NCBI GenBank assembly: GCA_002245135.1
Contig: NGBS01000040.1
Location: 1-56,883 of the forward strand
Direction of reading: 5' to 3'
Length of the DNA: 56,883 bases
DNA from: Proteromonas lacertae
Lineage: Eukaryota
Positions within the stretch are counted from its first letter, which is position 1. Each line of letters starts with the position of its first letter. The notes beneath the pieces were generated by a model. The model ran no database searches. It had not been told where the DNA came from and saw nothing but the letters and a program-made list of their open reading frames with translations. This document shows, one piece after another, positions 51,435 through 56,883 of the stretch. Made by a program: the position numbers and the translations under genes.

Positions 51435-51530
51435 CTATATTATTTTCATAATACTTTAATGTAAAAACAATATTTTCTAAAAGCTTGAGATTCATTACGA
51501 AATACTTGAGCTTTATAACAATATATATTA

Positions 51531-52210
51531 AGGGCTACAGACCCAAAATGGCTTGATGCTGGACGTGAGGCTAAAATTCATATAGTCGTTTCATTATTTT
51601 ATTTTTTCATTTCATTCAATAACCGTTGGACAAACCAACGGTTACAAAGGCCGTTACGCATCCGTTGCATGTCAGTTACATAACTGACGTGTAACTGACG
51701 GTGTAACTGCCGTCCGTTGTAAACATTTGTTCAGTTATGTTCTAGAGACTGATATAAAGCTTAGGATAGCCATAAACACCACCTAAGACTCGTTTTCACT
51801 TTCCCTTATTTTCACTTTCCCTTTTCTTTTTTTCACTTATTTACCTAGAAAAAGTGATCGACTTCACTTTCCCTAAGTAAGGAAGTGAAAAATAGAAAGG
51901 ATAAGAAGAATCGGTTATGGATTTTTATGTTATTTTTGTCAGAGTTGGCCGTTTGTCTACCAGACACTTTCAAAACAAACTAAATACACAATTACACTTC
52001 TTTTAATGAAAAATTGTTACTTTTATACTTACTTTGTCATATAACCTACATCTATGAGTAACTATTAATTGTCATAATATTGAATAAAAACTATCAAAAT
52101 ATATTCTAGAAATTATATATATTTCAAATTTTATGTTTTTATTGACATATAATGTCTAAATGAGAAGTGTCAGTTACACAGGAATTAAGAATTATACCCC
52201 TTCTGACGTC
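51531..52210. repeat. GC-enriched segment with hairpins and short repeats, probably a transposon-end relic
   Basis: TAACCGTTGG-acaaa-CCAACGGTTA (51620-51644), GTCAGTTA-ca-TAACTGAC, GTGTAACTG x2, TTCACTTTCCC x3. Confidence 0.5.
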
Positions 52211-52489
52211 ATTTTTAATTTAAAATTTCATTTTCTTCAACTTTTTGTTTGTATGTTTTTTTATTCAGTCAAAGAGAAAAAATGAATTTCAGCAGACACT
52301 TTGAAGAATGTTAAAATATTATATCAAGATATGAAGATATTTCAAAAAGAAAAATCAAGCTTGTCAAACTTGACAGTTTTTTTATTTCAGAAAATCAAAA
52401 TGTAAGTACTATATATATATATATATATATATTATTATTATTATTATCAAAATACTTACTTTATATTATTTATAAACTGTATAATACTA

Positions 52490-55400
52490 TCATGTACAGC
52501 GAAAGGTATAGAAGCATCATTATTTTATGAGCATAAAGTAGATGTAATTGATTTTGGTGATCAATTCACAAACAGAACAATCGAAAGAGTATTTTTATTA
52601 GAAAATCGAGGTTTAAGAAGTCAAAGATTAACTAGGCCCAATTATAGAGAAGAAAAAATAATATATCAAATATACAGCAGAATAGTGCTGATTTAGACTT
52701 TAGGAGAAAAAATGTATTAATTAGAAGAATAAAAGCTCAAGCTCAAGATTTAGATATTGGTTGAAGTACTCAAATAATATCAATGGATCCTGCTTATTTA
52801 TCATTATATATTGGTTGAAGTATCACTTACCAATGAAGGATCAATTAAACCAAATGTAATAATTACTCCACCAAGGTGAATTAGATATAGAAGAAAGTGT
52901 AACAATCGAAGTATCTTATACAAGTTCAACTCTTGGTGAATTTAGTGATCATTTTGAATTTGCATTAAAAGGAGCAACTAATAATGTGGTATTAACAATA
53001 AAAGGACATGTAGTTGGTCCAACATTCTTCTTTAATAAGAATAAGCTAGATTTTGGTATTGTAAGTTATGCATTTTTAAACTCAACTGATTTGATATTAA
53101 GAAATACTTCCTCTGTTCCATTTATATTCAATTTACGAGTTCCTCAAGATGGTAATTACTTAAACAAAGAATTCGAAATAATTCAAGCAGTAGCAACAGT
53201 ATTACCAGAAGGAGAAGAGAAAATCAAAATCAATTTCATATCTCAAACAATAAAAGTATATGATTATTGTTTAGCAATTGATATTGAAAGTGTAGGTGAA
53301 GCTTTATTAACAATTCCAATAAGTGCTGAATGTCGAGTAGCTGAAGTAGAATTATTAGAAGAATCATTGAAATATGGAGATTGTTATTTAAGATATACTT
53401 ATTATCGAACTTTAACATTAAAGAATAAATCCAATTTATATGCTCAATTTGAAAACAGAACAAGATGAAAGAAGTAAATCGATTGGTAGTTATTTCCCTG
53501 ATCCAGTTAAAGGTGTAATTTGTCCAATGGCAACTCAAATGATTAAAGTTTAATTAAATCCTGAGAAATTAGGTGATATGAGAATTCCATTATATATTCA
53601 AATAATTGGCAGTCAATATCCTCCATTGGTAATAGCATTAGAAGCAAATGGACTTGGACCAGTGATAAAGTCAAATTTAAATCATATAAAATTTGGTGAT
53701 ATAACTTGTTTAGATACTCATACAAAAGAATTTACAATAACTAATCCAACTTCAATTCCAGCTTTTTATAAATTAGATTTTGAACGAGGATTTTATTTTA
53801 ATACTGATATAGTTGATGGTATATTACAAAGTAAAGAATCTCAAAAGATAGTAGTTAGTTGCATGTTGGAAGATGTATTAGCATATAAAGATACAATATA
53901 CATAGCAGCAACTGAAGGAGATAGTGCAATTCTTCCAGTTACAGCTAAATGTATAATAACAACAATATTTTGAGAAGATCCAGTAGATGTAATTGATTTT
54001 GGTGATCAATTTACAAACAGAACAATCGAAAGAGTATTTTTATTAGAAAATCGAGGTTTAAGAAGTCAAAGATTAACTTGGATAAATCAAACTGCAGCAG
54101 AAAAAGAAAAAGCGTTTAAAGCCAATAAATCAAAGATGGAAAGTGAAATGAATTCAAACCTTATGAAGCTTTATTTACAATAACTCCCAATGCAATCGAA
54201 TTAAAACCCAATACTGCTTGAAATTTTGTAACATCTGGAAGTTGTGAAAAACCCTGTGAAGTGATGGAAATGTTTTCTTGTTTGACGAAATTTGATGGAG
54301 AAATAAGAAATAATGAAGCAAAAGAAACCGAAGTAAAAGTGAACTTTATGAATCCATTAATTCAATGTTCTGAAGAGAAAATCGAAGTTCAAAGTAAGAC
54401 AGTTGTGTTTAAGAATATATCAACGTTAAGTTTAGATGCGATAATAAGTATAGCAGCTCCATTATTATTGAGTATGAATGAATTCCATTTAGAACCATAT
54501 GAATCAATGAATGTGACAGTGGAATTTGATCCAAATTATAAAGATGATAAAATCTCATGTAAAATAAATGGAATATTGAATATAAGATATGAAGATCATC
54601 CTCAGAAAAATTCAATTCCATGGTTATCTCAAAATGATTTTGATTTTGGTTGTATATTGAATAATTCTCAAAGAACATTATTATTTTCAACTGAAAATCG
54701 TCGAACAATTCCTTGTCCTTATCATTGGGAATTAGAAATAGATGAAACTGAAAAACAAGCATCTCTAATCAATTAAGTATTTGAAATAACTCCAATTCAA
54801 GGTATTTTACAACTAGGTGAATGTGAAGAAATGGAATTGAGATATTCTGGAATACCACATGTATTATCAAGAGCATTGGGTAAATGTTATGTAGATGGAG
54901 GACCAGTTTATAATATCAAAATGAAAGGTGAAAGTTCAGTCGTATCTTATAGATTGGATAAACAAAATATTGATTTTGGTAGAATTCCTTATATGAAAGT
55001 AGAAGAAAGAGATTTTCATATATTTAATACAGGTTCAGTAGATTTTCCATTTAAAATCTCAACTGATAATGTATCTCGATCTGGTTTAGTTGGTGTTTCA
55101 CCATGTAATGGATTAATTCCATCTCATGATCAACAAAGAATCTCTGTTAAAATGAGAGTAGGAATTCCAGATTCAGTAATAGAGAAATTAGTAATAGAAA
55201 TAGCTCATTATGTTCCAATAGATTTTCTACTTTATATAACAAGTATTTATGCAAATATCAAAGTGAATGATGCTGAATACCAGATAATTGGGAACATTAC
55301 TTGGAAGAAGCTGATAGATTGATTGAATTATCCAATACAGAACATCCATTATCATTCCAGCTTTACCATCACCAATCAAACAACAACCATCTTTACCTGA

Positions 55401-56326
55401 AGTAGTGGAATCTTCAATAGATGAAAGTAATAATAACACTATTATAAATACTGAAGGAGAAGAAGCAAGACAACAACAACAGCCAGAACAACCGTCAACA
55501 GAAGAAGAAAAAGAAAAACCAGTTGAAGCTGAAAAGCCAATAATTGTAGATGGAGTTCCAGTTAATTCACCAACACATGGTTAAAAGAATTACCACCAGA
55601 ACCAAAAATTGAAGGAGAATTAGCACCACATAGTGAAGAACCAACAGTAGCAAATACAAATGCAGAAGAAGAAAAATGTAAAGAAAAAGAAAAAGATGAA
55701 AACAAGAAACAGTAATCTGCAAGAGTAAATAGTCAAAAATCAGTTTCTGTCAGAAGTAAGAATTCACAACAGAATGATAATAAAATACCATCTCCACTTA
55801 AAATGATGACAAATACGAACAAATTACCTCCAGGAAAGAATACAACAGTATTACAAATCACAGTTGATAGAGAATCTGAAGCATTAAGATTATATTATAT
55901 TAATTTATTATTAGATGAAATAAACAATCAAAATCCTGCTGATTTATGTTTAGCTCGAAAAGAGAAAAAATTAAATGGAACATCTGTAAATGGTTCAAAA
56001 AGTGAAGGAGTAGTTGATAAAACCACAACAACACCTGAAACTGGTTTAACAAATATCAGTAATAAAACAGGCAAAACAACAAAAATGGCGAATAAGAAAA
56101 TATCTAATTTACATTTAGGTTGTAGTAGATTTTGGTAATGTAGTTCGAATTGATTGCAAGACGAAGACATTTACAATAACTAACATAGGTAATTTACCAG
56201 TGAATTTCGGAATAGAAAGAAGAACTTTAAAAGAGTGTGGATATACATTAACTCCAGATGAAGTGAAAAGATTACCAGAAAGTTCAACAGTGACATTTAC
56301 AGCTAGTATTACAGCGAAATTATAGA
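52490..56326 (+). pseudogene. HYDIN: Hydin (flagellar central-pair protein) relic, with ASH/Ig-like repeats; many stops, frameshifts and deletions
   Basis: IKGHVVGPTFFF...LDFGIVSY..LRNTSSVPFIFNLRVPQDG, LKYGDCYLRY, IDFGDQFT, DFGCILN, CYVDGGPVY, MRVGIP...IEIAHYVP, PDEVKRLPE. Confidence 0.88.
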
Positions 56327-56711
56327 AGGGTTAGGGTTAGGGTTAGGGTTAGGGTTAGGGTTAGGGTAGGGTTAGGGTTAGGGTTAGGGTTAGGGTTAGG
56401 GTTAGGGTTAGGGTTAGGGTTAGGGTTAGGGGGTTAGGGTTAGGGTTAGGGTTAGGGTTAGGGTTAGGGTTAGGGTTAGGGTTAGGGTTAGGGTTAGGGT
56501 TAGGGTTAGGGTTAGGGTTAGGGTTAGGGGGTTAGGGTTAGGGTTAGGGTTAGGGTTAGGGTTAGGGTTAGGGTTAGGGTTAGGGTTAGGGTTAGGGTTA
56601 GGGTTAGGGTTAGGGTTAGGGTTAGGGTTAGGGTTAGGGTTAGGGTTAGGGTTAGGGTTAGGGTTAGGGTTAGGGTTAGGGTTAGGGTTAGGGTTAGGGT
56701 TAGGGTTAGGG

Positions 56712-56752
<41 letters not shown>

Positions 56753-56883
56753 GGTTAGGGTTAGGGTTAGGGTTAGGGTTAGGGTTAGGGTTAGGGTTAG
56801 GGTTAGGGTTAGGGTTAGGGTTAGGGTTAGGGTTAGGGTTAGGGTTAGGGTTAGGGTTAGGGTTAGGGTTAGGGTTAGGGTTA
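56327..56883 (+). repeat. Telomeric repeat array (TTAGGG)n
   Basis: Continuous TTAGGG to the end of the window, G-rich strand running 5'->3' outward, with a few variant units. Confidence 0.99.

Noticed and set aside
14945..56326. Stop-codon reassignment as the explanation for in-frame stops in dynein, hydin and CR copy 2
   Set aside because: The stops co-occur with frameshifts and deletions, replace different amino acids, and TAA/TGA/TAG end the intact ORFs normally.
56360..56855. Variant telomere units (TAGGG, TTAGGGGG, TTTAGGG, TTAGGGG)
   Set aside because: They are sparse and homopolymer-type, and cannot be told apart from sequencing error.

Overview
This is an AT-rich eukaryotic chromosome end that finishes in a (TTAGGG)n telomere (56327-56883). 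Introns are very short (24-40 nt, GT-AG). The intron size and the Ig-like/PA14/Cys-repeat surface protein suggest a Blastocystis/Proteromonas-type stramenopile, which is an inference and not a database match. Genes with largely intact reading frames: the 3' end of a guanylate kinase, a ~1900-aa secreted/TM adhesin-like protein, a 4-exon LRR gene, a solitary 5S rRNA gene, and a very compact cluster of five alternating glycosyltransferase genes (GT61, two fucosyltransferase-like, GT31, GT92). There are four paralogues of a Crinkler/RHS-like family with SPRY-like headers and a tandem [P-loop NTPase + restriction-endonuclease-fold] architecture, at different stages of decay. Transposons: hAT remnants (one with TIRs and an 8-bp TSD), a CACTA/EnSpm-type transposase split by a 639-bp foldback MITE with a 5-bp TSD, and two pogo/Tigger elements (one apparently intact, with a 31-nt intron). 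Between these lie deleted pseudogene fragments of axonemal dynein, hydin, type I PKS, Sec1/Munc18, a CMGC kinase and GCC2/GCC3 Cys-rich proteins. The telomere is joined directly onto the hydin relic. All calls come from manual reading and motif recognition; no searches were run.
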